From Tubiluchus corallicola (lineage: Eukaryota > Animalia > Priapulida): 64,000 nucleotides of DNA. A program made the translations under genes and the position numbers. The DNA is taken from the NCBI GenBank assembly GCA_030141605.1, contig JAQGDQ010000012.1:886359-950358 (forward strand). The letters are read 5' to 3'. Shown one piece after another: positions 1 to 15,084 of the stretch. Within the stretch, counting starts at the first letter, position 1, and each line of letters starts with the position of its first letter. The notes beneath the pieces were generated by a model that was given only the letters and a program-made list of their open reading frames with translations, was not told the origin of the DNA and made no database searches.

Positions 1-550
1 GTAGCATGTATCCATTGACAAATTGATTTATAAACAACTGTTCTGCATCTAGGAATGTCTAGTGTAAGATTAAATGCTATGTGCAAACTGTCGGCACTTC
101 AGAACCAGTGACAAGAGAGTCTGAGAGGACCTTACATGGAAGTAGCGGTAAATAAGGCTTAATACAGCAACTGATGTTCGAATAGCAAAGGCTGCAATCG
201 TCACTCCAAATTAGAAACAGTCAGACAGGCGACAGGATTTTGCAATTCATCAAGAAGCTGAGGCACCAGCCCAGATGTGACAGCAGTATTCCATGTTTGT
301 AAAAACACTTATTCAATGTGTTCTTAAAATATCACAACATTTGACGAGAACCATCATCTATGAACTTGTCATCAGACTGCAGTTCATCAATGCAAAGTAC
401 ATGCTGTTAATCCATTAATCACAACTTCATTGTTTGGTATATCTGTTATGTGAACACATCAATATTTTTATTATAACACAGAGCCTGATGATAAACAAGG
501 TATTGCCGCTTAGTCACTTTTAGATGTTAACCTCAGTTTCGAAACAAAGT
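1..550 (-). mobile_element. Decayed non-LTR retrotransposon (CR1/L2/Jockey-like LINE) ORF2 C-terminal remnant
   Basis: Minus-strand translation gives MEYCCHIWAGAS (~295-260) and RTSVAVLSLIYRYFHVRSSQTLLSLV (~180-100). These resemble the EYCCHIWAGA and RRNVASLSLFYRYY motifs found downstream of LINE RT domains. Stops and frameshifts are present; boundaries are approximate. Confidence 0.7.
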
Positions 551-578
551 AAGGATTACGAAGCAATGATTAAGTTTA

Positions 579-3500
579 TTAATATGCATGGCACCTTTTG
601 GGCGCTAAACGCTTTGTGGTTGTGGTAAACTTGCGTATTCGAGATGATATTAGGGAAGGTGGTAAGCTACCAGCGGCTTTCAATGCTGCAAATTCTTCCT
701 CCTGTTTCTTGGACTTGACCAACAGAACAGCGGATGGAATTTTCTTCGTACGAGCACATCTTTTTAAGTGCATAGTTCTGGCCTTAAATAAAAAACAAAA
801 ACGTGGGCACATACTCATCATTACAATACTTGTCCTTTAAGAACTAATACGATAGTCTAAAAAATTAATTAGTAATGAAAGTTATTGCCAAACTATCTAT
901 GTAATATTAAAAATAGAGAAAAAGAAAGCAGCATAATAAAAATGAGACAGAAATAACTTTACTAAGTTAGAACTAAAAATCGAGAAATTCAGCTCACCAT
1001 TGAGAATTGATTCTGATTAGAGCTTTGAATAACCAATAATTTCCCCCGGGTATCTCAAAATACGAGTAATTTCAATTGTCTTTATTAATTCTTTGACAAT
1101 TTCTTAGAAAATATAAATCGTTTCTGATTGATCTTCCAGAACAAACACTAACGGTAATCAATGCAGCACAAACAGTTTGGCAATTGGTTGTCTCAATTAC
1201 ACTGATTTTACCTTTCTAGACTTCAACACTCGATCACACAATGGACAATTAGGAACAGAAGCTTCTACCAAACGTTTTCTTTCTTCTTTTTCTTCATGGT
1301 CATCTAAGCAGCTAAAAGCAACAAAATATAAACTAACAATGCGAAGCAGCACATAGGGGAAACAGCGAGTTTAAAACTTAGAGGATAAAAGTTAAAAGAG
1401 CTATTGCTCCACCTGCAAAACAAACTGTATACTGCTTATGGACACATTAGAAAAGTTAAGATTTTTTATTTTTTTCCCTAGAATGAACATGGCATTCGAT
1501 GGATTAAAATCCGCCCAAATTGACTACACATTTAGAAATAGCAGTAAAACAACGTATAGCAATTTTACGAACTATAGTAGCTCATGACGTCACCAGAACT
1601 GCTTAACAAATTTTTTTCTGCGGGACTTTATATATAATATTTCCGATTTGAGCATATATTGGTCTGCCACTGCTTAACTTCCAGCCTGAATAGAAGTTCA
1701 AACTTCCATTACTTAAAGCTGCACTGTTAAGAAAATCTAAACAACTAAAAATGAAAGTTAATGCTATCTACACGGCATTCCTCAAAACTCTTGTACGTAC
1801 CGATTATAATGCTGTTGGCGTCCAGCTGCGCCAAGGTGAGTAATGTCTTTATTGCATAATGCACATAATTCCTTTAATTCATCTCTATTAAAATTACACA
1901 AAAATAACAACATATTAATTTAACACACAGCTCTGTAATGATTACATACTGATGCAGCTACGGCTGTATTTTATGAACCCTTAATTGGACCAAAACAAAC
2001 TCACTGTCATACGAATGACATTTTATTAGAAAAATTATAGACTATCTTGTATGCAAATTTAACAATAGAAGATACGTGTACCCACAGACTGCCTTTAATA
2101 ATGGTACATTAGTGAGAGAAGTGACAAACTCAACCTTAAAGCAAAATGTTCATATAAATCACCGTGCTTACTCATTTTAGTCTTGGTACTTAATAAAGGG
2201 TGCCTCTGAATAACTGCCCGAGGAAACCGGAAGAAAAATAACAAGCCATTGTGTTTGAACAACCAGCTAGGCACAGACTGATGTACTGAAGCATTTGAGT
2301 CAATCTCAGCTCAAGTAAAAACTTTACTGCAATCAGATTAACATGCAAGCAATATTAAATGCTGTAATATGCCTGCCTGTTAATGTACAGTGATAACACA
2401 TATGTATTAAACATCGCATGGCTTTGGGTAGTTTTAGGATGTCATTTTTCACTATATTAGCCTATATAGTAACAAATTCAATTGTCATTTATGTTCAGCA
2501 AGCATAAATTCATTCAAAATACTGTGAAAAAGCTAAAACGTTTATGAGTTTTCTAAAACTATCATAATTTAGTGTAAAAACTAAACAAAACACATTTACA
2601 TATAGTTGGCTTCATTTACTCTACTATACAAACTGAGCTAAATGCACACTAAGCGATGTGTGAATCAACAAAAGGTTAAGCCATACAAATGCTGCAGTAC
2701 GGTATGCTATCTCTTAGTATGCAACTAACTAGTTTCATCGTGATCACAAGCACTGTGCATAAGTGAATGTCGGCGTGCATAGGAATACACTCTACTGTTA
2801 CAGAATGTTAGCGTTCATAAGAAGTAAAGAGGGCTTAAAATGTAATAAGACATTCTTAGACAAGTGCCTGTTTGAATAAGGGCTTGGTAATTAGTTAGGT
2901 TAATAAAGTAAAGACACACCCTCTAAAATGGGTAAACACAGAAAATTAGAATAGATTATAATATAAATTAGGGAAAGTTTATTTATCTTTGTTGCCAAAC
3001 ATAACTATCCACAACATTATCTGACAATCAATGACTAATTTCATGTCAATTAATTAAAGTCAATAACACAAAAGCCTTAACACACAATAAGACACAAACT
3101 CAATTCTAGACAAAGATGTTCTAACACAATTCTTGTATGTAACAAAAGTTGAAACATGTATAAACTATTGTTTCTCATACTTACAATGTCCTTATTGGTG
3201 ATTTATAATTCTCATTGTTGCTTGCCGTTGATTGTTGTACTTCCTTATTAGCTACTGCGTCACCTTTAAATTTCTCCGAACAAAAATTCTTTCTAATGCA
3301 CTGTGTGACATGATTACTATGTTCATCTTTGGTGACATCTATCTGACACAAGGGACAAGTCAAGCATGATATATCTGGCACACATTCTTCAGGATCAACA
3401 GTAGACGTCACACAATTGTCAGGTTTAGGTTTTTCAACATTATCACTAGTGGCTGATAAACCACATTTTGCAATTCTACATTTTGAAACCATGTGAGCAG

Positions 3501-3780
3501 TTTCTGGTATATCTTCCTGCACTTGGTTTCCAAACTTGCCTGTTAGAGAATCAGTGTTGCAATGCACCTCATCAGTATTCACTTTAATAAGCAGCTGATC
3601 TGGTGCATATTTGTTATCTTTGCTCACCACAGTTTTATTCTGAACTTCATCAACTTTCTCTTTAGATTGTGATGTTCTCTGCTGTCGATTCCTATGACGA
3701 GATGCAGAAAGTTTACTTTTTAGTGACTTAAGTCTTGGCCGAATCGACTCTTTGAAATCATCACTAAGCCGTGATGACAT
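579..3780 (-). CDS. SLX4: SLX4-like structure-specific endonuclease scaffold, N-terminal part with UBZ zinc fingers (327 aa if it ends at 579)
   Basis: Phase-consistent GT-AG exons 3780-3185, 1884-1801, 1311-1212, 782-579. The spliced peptide CALCNKDITHLGAAGRQQHYNRCLD...VPNCPLCDRVLKSRKARTMHLKRCAR matches the SLX4 tandem UBZ4 signature as recalled (CQICQKNLS..REQHVNRCLD..CPICGK..SRTSHLKQC). An extra CPLC..H..C finger lies in exon 1. The 3' end is uncertain. Confidence 0.7.
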
Positions 3781-3941
3781 CTTCCAACATCTGCTAATAC
3801 ACGGCTGGTGTTAATTATGGTAACTATTGATATTAATGGGAGTACAAAAACACTGCAAAAAGCACATTAATACATTCACTATTGTACTATGGTACTACAA
3901 TCAGTAAGTACTTATCGCACATTAATATACGGTAGTGCAAG

Positions 3942-5914
<1,973 letters not shown>

Positions 5915-6032
5915 TTTAATAATGAGGTTAGTCTTCTAAACCTTCTTCTTCTAAACTTTTCTCTTTTTACACTTCAATGGGTTGCCACAAGTCATTTAAT
6001 AACAGTGATTACTAGTACTACAGTATAGTACT

Positions 6033-7690
6033 ACAGTATAACCCACTTACAATGAGGCCTGTTATATCATAAACCTGCCTCTGGTTATTACGAGTTAATT
6101 TGAATGTCCCATCAAATCTTACAGTTACATAATGTATTTAAACCTTGTTTATAGCGAGTTCCAATATTAGGAGTTTTTGTTTATTATGAGGGAATTTTAT
6201 TGCTCCGTGATTGTATTTCCCCTGAATATAACGAGCACGAGTTCTAAAACAATGGTTTATAACACCATTCACCAACGATAAAAAGGTCATTCTGTACCTG
6301 TATCATTCTAGACCAGGATTAAAATTAACAATGTATGAAGAACAGCACACACAGATGAGTTTGAATTGAATTTGTGGACGACATGCACCTGCCATTTTTG
6401 CCAAGAGTTTTTTAAAAAAATAAAATATTCTGGTTTGCAAAATAAATGTTTGTGTGACTTTGCAAGCTTGATTTTTAATAAAAAACACTTTTTGACTAAA
6501 TACTGTAATCTCACATTAAATAACACATTGGCTAGCAGACCGTAGACTTGGCTGTTAGACGATGTAGAAATGCTAGGTGAAATGCTTCATAATGATAAAA
6601 ATTTTGATGCGCCAGCGCAGCGACTTAAATAAAAAACCAGCAGTGTTTACTATGCACAGTGAGCAGTTACTGCATCCGGGGTCTTGTGTCTGGAGGTATT
6701 TAAGCAGTGCATAGCAATGGGTGTGCGGACAGCATAGGACAGCCAATACTATAATTTTATTACTTTCTTGTGATTATGAGGTATTTTTGATGATGATTCT
6801 TTTCCCGAATAGCTGAATGTTGAAGTTAGCGTGTTGGAGCCATTTTGTTGTTGTGCTGTTCCCTATGGCTTTCAAATTTTGGTGCCAAACATGACGATAG
6901 TATTGCTGAGAGTATTTTTGACAAACTCCACATGACATGCAAGTGGAGTTTTCCTAAGTTAAAATTAATAAAGAATTAGCTTCACTCAACTATGAGCAAT
7001 CATAGACTCACTAACTCAAGGATTCTGTCTATTGAAAGAGAACATACTGAATCACATGACGTTGAAGAGATTATAAAGGACTTCACAATTTGGAAAGTCA
7101 GAGGATTAAACACCTACTTCTGTGTTTTTCATATGTTTATTATTTTCAACTTTTCATCCTTTTTACACTTTATTACACTTTTATATATAAAAAATTAACT
7201 TACTAAATTTGTTTATTATTATTATTATTATTGTCTACCTCCATAGGTTTAAATTTTTATTATTATTACACTACTCATCAATCAATAAATGAAATATAAA
7301 CCTTTCATATACGTGTGTTGGTAGCCGTGTCAAAGGTGTGTTACGTTTAGGAAGGGGGTGACCAATTTGGTTACGGCACAGGGTGGCCAAACCGCCCGCT
7401 AAGCCATTACATTTAAATGATTACTAATAAAAATAACACAAAACACCCTCAGTTGTCTGCAGATGTCGTTATGAATGAATCACAGCAGTGGTTTCGAAAA
7501 GCAATTTGCAGGCAGTTTTATACGGAAATTTATAGCATGAAACACTGCCTTAATGCTATAATGCTACAGAATTTAAACACTATAAGTTTACAGTTATCTT
7601 ATCTTGTACATCCTGGGCTATAACGAGCCTCGGTAATAGTGAGGAAATTTTGATGGTCCTCTGAAACTCACTGTAAGTGGATAATACTGT
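6033..7690. mobile_element. Tigger/pogo-like non-autonomous DNA transposon interrupted by a nested hAT
   Basis: Left end (ta)cagtataacccacttacaatgag; right end ctcactgtaagtggataatactg(t), whose reverse complement is cagtattatccacttacagtgag. CAGT termini are typical of Tc1/mariner-pogo elements. Confidence 0.65.
6704..7409 (+). mobile_element. Decayed hAT transposon fragment (ZMYM1-like dimerization domain)
   Basis: Translation ...KLKLIKN*LHSTMSNHRLTNSRILSIEREHTESHDVEEIIKDF resembles the hAT C-terminal dimerization motif. Degenerate cagtg(g)c(g)tagc-type ends lie at ~6704 and ~7398-7409. Confidence 0.7.
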
Positions 7691-9660
7691 GGTAGTAGAT
7701 CCATTCGATGTAGTTCAAAGAACAGTCTCTAGGGGACTTTAGAGGGTTGCAGTACTGGCATAATAGGCTTTGTTTTAATTTCACATCGTATTATTACACT
7801 GCATTGCTTTTGTATGCTGCTGTATTTTGTGTAATGTGTGTGACTAAAAACAAACTAAACTAAACTTGGGAATTTCCTAAACACTTTTTGACAGTAACTC
7901 TCCTAAATCATTGATGTCTTTGAAAATAGCAAAACTGGCAAACCCCAAGCATAAGGCATGCGCATAAAATATCACAAATGTCAATCACGAATTATGACAC
8001 ACAAAATAACAGGCTTTCATGCATTTGATACTGAACAACAACTTCCTGAACGTCGTTCAAACTACTCTGACGTGCTTTCTCTAATTTTCAATATTTACCT
8101 TAAATACGTTTATTAGAAAACGTCAACATATATTTTAAACTAATATTAATATTAAGGTAATATTTTTAAAATTAGCTAATCTGGGGTTTTATGCTATATT
8201 CACTTAATTTCCATTGAACTTGAATAAGTTTGAACTAACATGCTGCACACAATGTGGGTAATCTTCCAGTTAGAACAGGAAACAGCGTGTGTCTAATTTC
8301 AAAGCCTGTTGACGGACAATATAGATTTTAGAATGTCAAGATCGAAAGAGAGTGGAGTGCATTCGTTGAGAGAGGAGCTTTTCTGACTGGTGGACATTTT
8401 TAATTGGGATACATGTCGTATTATACTACGTAATAAGCCTTATTATTGCCATCATATGTTTCTCTCTTTCTATTCTCCTTCAACCTTTTTTCTGCTCGAT
8501 CTTTTACTTGTGCTTTTTCTTTTTCTCAGTCTGCATTCATTTGGCGGTGCTCACAACAAATAATTACTTCTTGAGCAGTGAGCACCACATAGGCCAGACC
8601 AGTTGGTCATCAAGTCAGCTACCTTTCTCAGATAAGTGTAAATTGTAAACAAAATTTTGTAGCGCTGTACACAAACTAATCACGTGTGTAATATAATTAT
8701 GAAGTAGGATAAAAATCAACTGTTATGATAAAATGAAAAATACACAATGATGATCAACCAAATATAATGAAGTATAATAACTATCCGATTAAAGTATAAA
8801 CAAACTATAAAATCAAGTCAAACCAGAGCAGAAAATAAATCATAAATAAAAAAATCAGTAAAGGAAACAAACTATGCATTATAAAATGAAACTAAATATA
8901 ATAAAACTAAAATGTGCAATAGTATTCAATCATAGTATGTCTGTTAATCATAATGCCGAAAGGACTATGGAACAAAAGAACTAATATAATTAACTCAATC
9001 TCTCCTGCCATGTTCAAGAATTATTATATACGAACAATGTCAGGACTTGTCACATCCATGAAAAGGGACTGATCCTGCTGGACTTACGCTAGATGCTACT
9101 CTATGTAGTTATATTATATCACCATCTCTTATTATTGTTTGTTAATAAGTATTGTATAATTGTATTATGTGTATTGTATAATTATTTGGCATGAAGACTT
9201 TACTATTATGTAGACTTCACGTATAGTGGAGCATGAAAAGCAACAAATTTTAGTACAAGTATTCTCAACTGCTGGAAAATCTCCTGTTTTCATTCACGAG
9301 ACTTGTCTGCTGGATCCACTTCAGCTCCTGTTGGCATGGATATTAACTAGTTATGTCGCATTTCGTTTCTTCAACAGCTGGGTTGCTAGTTGCTACCCGG
9401 CTAAAACTTTTCAGTAATACCAGCCTCAGTTTTGGCAATCGTCAATAGTTTTTTGCACAAAATTATTACAGTAGATCATTGCAGACTTTTTCTCGTCACG
9501 ATTGGAACACACTTCTGCAGCGATGCCTGCATCAGAGTTTAGACTGCTTTGGAGTACCCCGCATCAAATCTAGTTTAATGTGCCGCGTTTGTCTTGATAG
9601 GAATATTCTGTCATGATCAGAAAAACAGTAGTAGCTGAAGTGCTATGTACTGTAGACAGT

Positions 9661-10130
9661 TTAATAATAATAATAATAATAATAACAACAACAACAACAG
9701 CAACAACAACGACAACAGCAGTAGCCGCAACAACAACAACAACAACAACAATAATAATAAATTTTTATTAGTACTTTTATCATCGCATTAGCAAACATAC
9801 AATAATTAGTATATACTGAACGTAAATACAGTTTGGACCTCCAACGCAGCCCTCAATAGAAGGAACGGGGAAAGGGACGAAGAAGTCAGAGTAGGTGGGC
9901 TAGAGCGAGCAGCAGAAGGACTAGAAAGAAATCCATTGTTAAAGGTAATTTCTTCTGTTTGCAACGTATCACTTCTGCTACCAGATCGCTATATGCTGGA
10001 TTCTTGTCCCCAAATGTCAGTGCAGCCTATGAGGTTGCACCCTTCAGTTGACCAGGACGGCAAGAGGCCTATAGAAACCTTTGGAAGTCTATCTGCTGTG
10101 AAAGAAAACCAAATTACTAGAATGAATTTT
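9661..10130 (-). mobile_element. LINE 3' end remnant with AATAAA and (TTA/TTG)n tail
   Basis: The (AAT)n(AAC)n microsatellite at 9661-9760 follows a minus-strand AATAAA and a degenerate YSDFFVPF-like ORF2 terminus. The microsatellite is certain; the LINE call is tentative. Confidence 0.45.
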
Positions 10131-12759
10131 TAATGTGATTTAGATGTGAATATTCGAACTCGGGGGCCGCAAAAAACCTTTAAAAGACATACTGGACGAC
10201 TACATATAGACATAGTAGAATGTTAGAAAAACTGTTATTTTAGACACAGTTTTGTCTGTCATATAGGGAGAGGGGCGGTGACCTGAAATGACATGCCTAA
10301 AACCTTCGTAGACCATGCTGGTTCTTACGGTAAACCCCACATTTTGAGAGTACGCCGTAGTACGTGGACAAACGTAATGGATGTACACATGCACATACGC
10401 AGAGGTTTTTTTCATGTTTTATATACATATATATAAAACTATAGAATCTTTATATACATATAGATATAAGTTAGTCCAAATCATTATATTTTTGGTACTT
10501 TTACAAGTTTCATTAAAACATACCTTAGGCTGATTGTCCCACCCACGCCATTTCCTGTCTTAAGTAAAGATCCTTTCCACCCTAATGGGATGTTTAAGGA
10601 GATATCAATGATTCCATGAAGGGGGCGATGGTCTAAAAATTTTGAAGAGCCCGGTTTATAGGGTACAATGCCTTAATTATGGTTTTATCAATTATTATAT
10701 AAACTATATTTGCTATAATTATATTTATACTTAACACTGTTCTATATCCGGAAAATTGCTATACTGTGCAAGCAAACATGATAAAAAACGCCTTTTGTGC
10801 TGTCGCAGGACTTAATTATTCTGAAACAACGTTGAGGTCATCATGATTAAAAATTTAAATATTATAACCCTATTATTGCTAATTTTAGGAAAGATATCGC
10901 CATCTTTGTTTTCATATCTAACGGTTGGTGCAAATATAAATGATCCGTTTTTTAAAGGTAAGCCTTGTTATTGCCTAGGGTATTAGTGTATCCTAATACC
11001 TTTCAAAGCATTTACAATTTATAATTATCACGCAGTGAACTAAAAAGAAAAGTTTACTTAACCCAAGTATTTAAAGTGCCAGAAATGAGAGCACATCCCA
11101 TGCCGGTTAAGTAATGTGATTCACGTTGGTTGTAACTTGTAAAGCTAAAATGGATATAACAGACGTACAAATAGCTCTATTTAATCTCTGGGTGCATAAG
11201 GTATCGCACTTTGACTATTTTAGATAAACGTTTTAGACAAATGCTTATCAGATTTGTTGCTAGTGTACTTTTATAGAATGCCCTGTAATTTTATTGTTTG
11301 TTCAGATGTTTGCTATACACTGCAGTTTTGGTGGGACTTTGACTTCATTGCTCAACGTTGTTTCTGTTTTTTAAGTAGCGTGTAGCCTACTTCATCTTTT
11401 CATCACGGTTCTCATAATAAAGTATGACTGTAGTGTTAATTAATTAATTAACGATAAAGGTGACTTGTTCATTGTTTCACTTATAAGTACGCACGATATG
11501 GGTTTGCAGGTAGGAACTAGACGACCGTTTTGTTTTACTTTATTTTGTTATAAGCAACAGTCAACGCGATCATTATAGGTTTGCCATTGTAGACCTACAT
11601 GTTTTTATAAGGACTTATACATAAGTTTGGCTGTTTTTGCGTGCGCTATACTTTCTTTTATTGGCCACCTTGACTGGTTTTTTTTATAAACAAAACAACG
11701 CATTATCCGTTGCAAAAATAAAGCTTAACAACGGACGAAAATAGAACTAGCAAAATATCAGTAAAACATGACTTTATTGCATGATTAACAGACAGACACG
11801 GGAACAGGCTTTCAGAGTATCTACAACGTACATCTTGCAGACAAAAAGGCCGAATTGGCATCATCATGGTTTACTACATCTGAATAACTGCGATACTCAA
11901 AACGCTATACCCTTTACTAACATCAAGGGTTCGTCAAAATCCGTCATCACTTTTAAAATATACAGTATATACAATTTCTAACTATAAATATGTAGTATTG
12001 TAACATTCATTTACACTATGCAATATACTAATAGTACATAAAATAACTCAATTACGCCCATTATTTTATTAACACATTTGACAATTTACAGCAAAACAGT
12101 GCAAGCAATGCAATTTTGAGTCATCTGTATACAGTTTGAAAAAGTTGCAAATGTTATGAACTTAAATGTACTAGAACTTAACAAAGCCATTATAGTTGCT
12201 CAAACAACAATTCAAAATAAATTAAATGTGAATAATAATTTTTCGTGAACATTTATGATATAGAATATATTTAGATAGATGGGTAGATGAAAGGAAATTA
12301 CAATTGAAATTTCCAGTTATAGCAATACTAAAAGACAAAATTGAGCATTAAACTGTTTAGTACGTAATTACAATAGACTTTGGCAAATTAAGTTGATGGC
12401 AAAATTAGCTAAATTTATACGTCAAATTTATAGATCAGAACTTAATTTTGAAAACCATGACGAAATTTTAAAAAACATTAAACCACGACGGAAATTTGTA
12501 AAATCTCTCTCACTTTTTTACATTATGACGTTTATAATGAATAAGGCATTTTTAAGATTTCTTGGCTATCTATAATTGGTTTTGAACCTTATAGTTTTTC
12601 ATCTACTTTATTGTAATGAACAACTCCGGAGTATCCTGATGAGGTTTTTTGTAGTTAATTCTGGGTTGCGGAATATTTAACTATGTAACTATAACTATAT
12701 ATCTATCTTTCTACCTACCTAGCTATCTATATGATTATATGATTTTAAAACTTTTTAAG

Positions 12760-14567
12760 TTAGGCAGTGTCTAGTAGTTTTTGCAGACGAACAATTAAAA
12801 TTGGCATGCATACGTCACAAGAAAAATTCTCCTGATCGTTACACTTAAGAAAAGCATTGAGAAAGTCATCAACCAGCGATTGTTTCAGTTCTTCAGGTAC
12901 CTCGTGCACCATCGGCAACACTTGGCTGTATGTACCTGTATTTAACAAAACGGTGTTTAAATTACGTTACATACTATTAGAAACTCAGCAGTTTGATTAA
13001 GAATGATAACGCACTACGTCATCACAAATTTTTGTCTTGGTCATCCATTTTTGTCTGCTTTAATTTCCGTCCGATAAAATTCGCAAGCGTTCGAACGTCG
13101 GACAACTTTTCTCTACCGACATTTGTCACTTAATCAAATCGCCAGTACATCATTGTCACCTAAGTTTTATTAGCCGTCCTTCTCAATTATTCAATCTTTT
13201 GATAATGTGCATTATTCTCTAAGTTACAAGAATGATAACATATTTCATGTGTAAGTCCTACATGCGTTGTCTACACTTTTTTCATGCTGCGTTTCAAATT
13301 TACTTCAGTTGGGCAGATTGTACACGATAATTACAAACATTTTATAATAAAACACAACGCGGGTCAAGGCGAGTTGTCGTGTTTCTTAAAACAACGAACT
13401 TAAAACTATGTACATAAAAGTGCGTACCTTTGAGTTGTTCTTTCGAAAGCATTGGAAGAAGGAAATTCTGTATGAGACAGTCATCTACTTGAAACCCAAT
13501 ACTGGATGCCAACAAATGATAGTCTTCATCCGGATGTTCTGCAAGATGGAATTCCCTTTTCCAAGGATGCAGCAGAGCCTCGTAACGTTCTCTAGAATAC
13601 TGTAGTACAAAATATAGTACAGTCAGAATTACGAAAAATGTTTTATTTGAATTATTCCAACAGAGCATCAGCGAATCTTTTTAGAATTGAAATAGTTTAT
13701 GTCTTTAAGTATAGTTGAGCGAAAAGATTAATTATTGAATACACCAAACGCTAAACGTGCATACATTGTATCGCAACGAGAAGTAACAGTGTTATTTAAA
13801 GGAAGTTTGCATACATTGTATCGCAACGAGAAGTAACAGTGTTATTTAAAGGAAGTTTGCTTACATTGTATCGCAACGAGAAGTAACAGTGTTTAAAGGA
13901 AGTTAAAATTTATCATTATGTTTGAAATTGCGATAATATCTATAGTTATTTGGCATCTTACCTTTACATATTCGTAGTATTTGTCAGAGTACAGTATTTC
14001 TTCTACACCTTTGACAGTCGGGGCGTGAGAACGTCCAGCCATTTCCATGAGTATCTGACCACCAGGCTTTAGGAGTTTCATCATAATCTTTAGAGCTCTT
14101 TTCTGGTCTTCAACCCAGTGCATTACATTGAAAGAGACTATCTTGTCGAAGGTGCCCCACCATTCTTCCTTCATCGTGGACTCATCCGAAATGTCAGCAA
14201 CTTCGTAGACAATCCTTGGATCCGGATTATTCTCTTTTGCGGATTCGATCATGCCAGAACTAATGTCTATTCCGACAATAACATCAATATTAGCTGGTAT
14301 CTGGACGAGAAGTTCTTTTGTTAGACTTCCATTTGCACAGCCAACATCTAAAATGCGCTCCCCATCTTTCAAATCCAACGGCCATTGTCGCAGACACTGA
14401 ATTGCCAGATCTCTTTGCGATTTGCAGTTCCTGCCATATCCCTCGCCATCATTGCTCATTATAAGCCTTTTGTTTTGTTTGTGCCTTCTTCGTAGTTTCA
14501 AATTGGACTTCATGGGATAAATGTCTTCGCTTCTCCTTGCCGGGAAACTTATTTCGGCAGACGTCAT
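12760..14567 (-). CDS. Class I SAM-dependent methyltransferase, juvenile hormone acid O-methyltransferase (JHAMT)-like
   Basis: Exons 14567(or 14459)-13962, 13599-13428, 12935-12760 are phase-consistent (281 aa from MSNDGEGY). Motifs: ILDVGCANG (motif I), GIDISSGMI, FDKIVSFNVMHWV, LLKPGG. A TATA-like element lies near 14650. Confidence 0.85.
13760..13902. repeat. Intronic 50-bp minisatellite, ~3 copies
   Basis: tacattgtatcgcaacgagaagtaacagtgttatttaaaggaagtttgc is repeated at ~13762, 13812 and 13862. Confidence 0.9.
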
Positions 14568-15084
14568 TATTCCTTGGTTGGTTACTAGCTGTTGCAATAG
14601 TTAGTTGAAAGGTGAGTTAGACACCGTGACGCCAAACTTTTCGCAGTACATATATAAGGATTGTCTTATCTATCATCTTTCAGCAGACAACAAGTCTGCG
14701 AAGTTCCCACTCTATCGTGGGATACAAAACACTTGTCAGTGAGAGCAAACCGTAATTTTTGCAGCTCACGAAAACTCGTCTTCTTTGTTATAAAGATTTC
14801 TTATTTGGTGAAAGCAATTAAACATTTTTGAGTCCTTTGCATTTGATTTAAGTTTTTTAGGCGAACAGTTATTAAAAAAACATGTTTGTGGCCCCTGCAA
14901 CAACAGAGCAAACAGAATTAATTGCATCTTCTGCTAAAGTTCACTATGTAACAAAAGGCTCATTACGTAACAATGCACATTAACTAACAAAATACTGCAT
15001 AAATCACAAAATTTGTCAACTATGTAACAAATTGTGCATCATTGTGCTTCATTTATTATTTAACAAAGTGGTGCATTGTGTAAC

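Noticed and set aside
13760-13902. CRISPR-like regular repeats (also 52137-52680)
   Set aside because: Head-to-tail units with no unique spacers, in eukaryotic introns; no cas genes.
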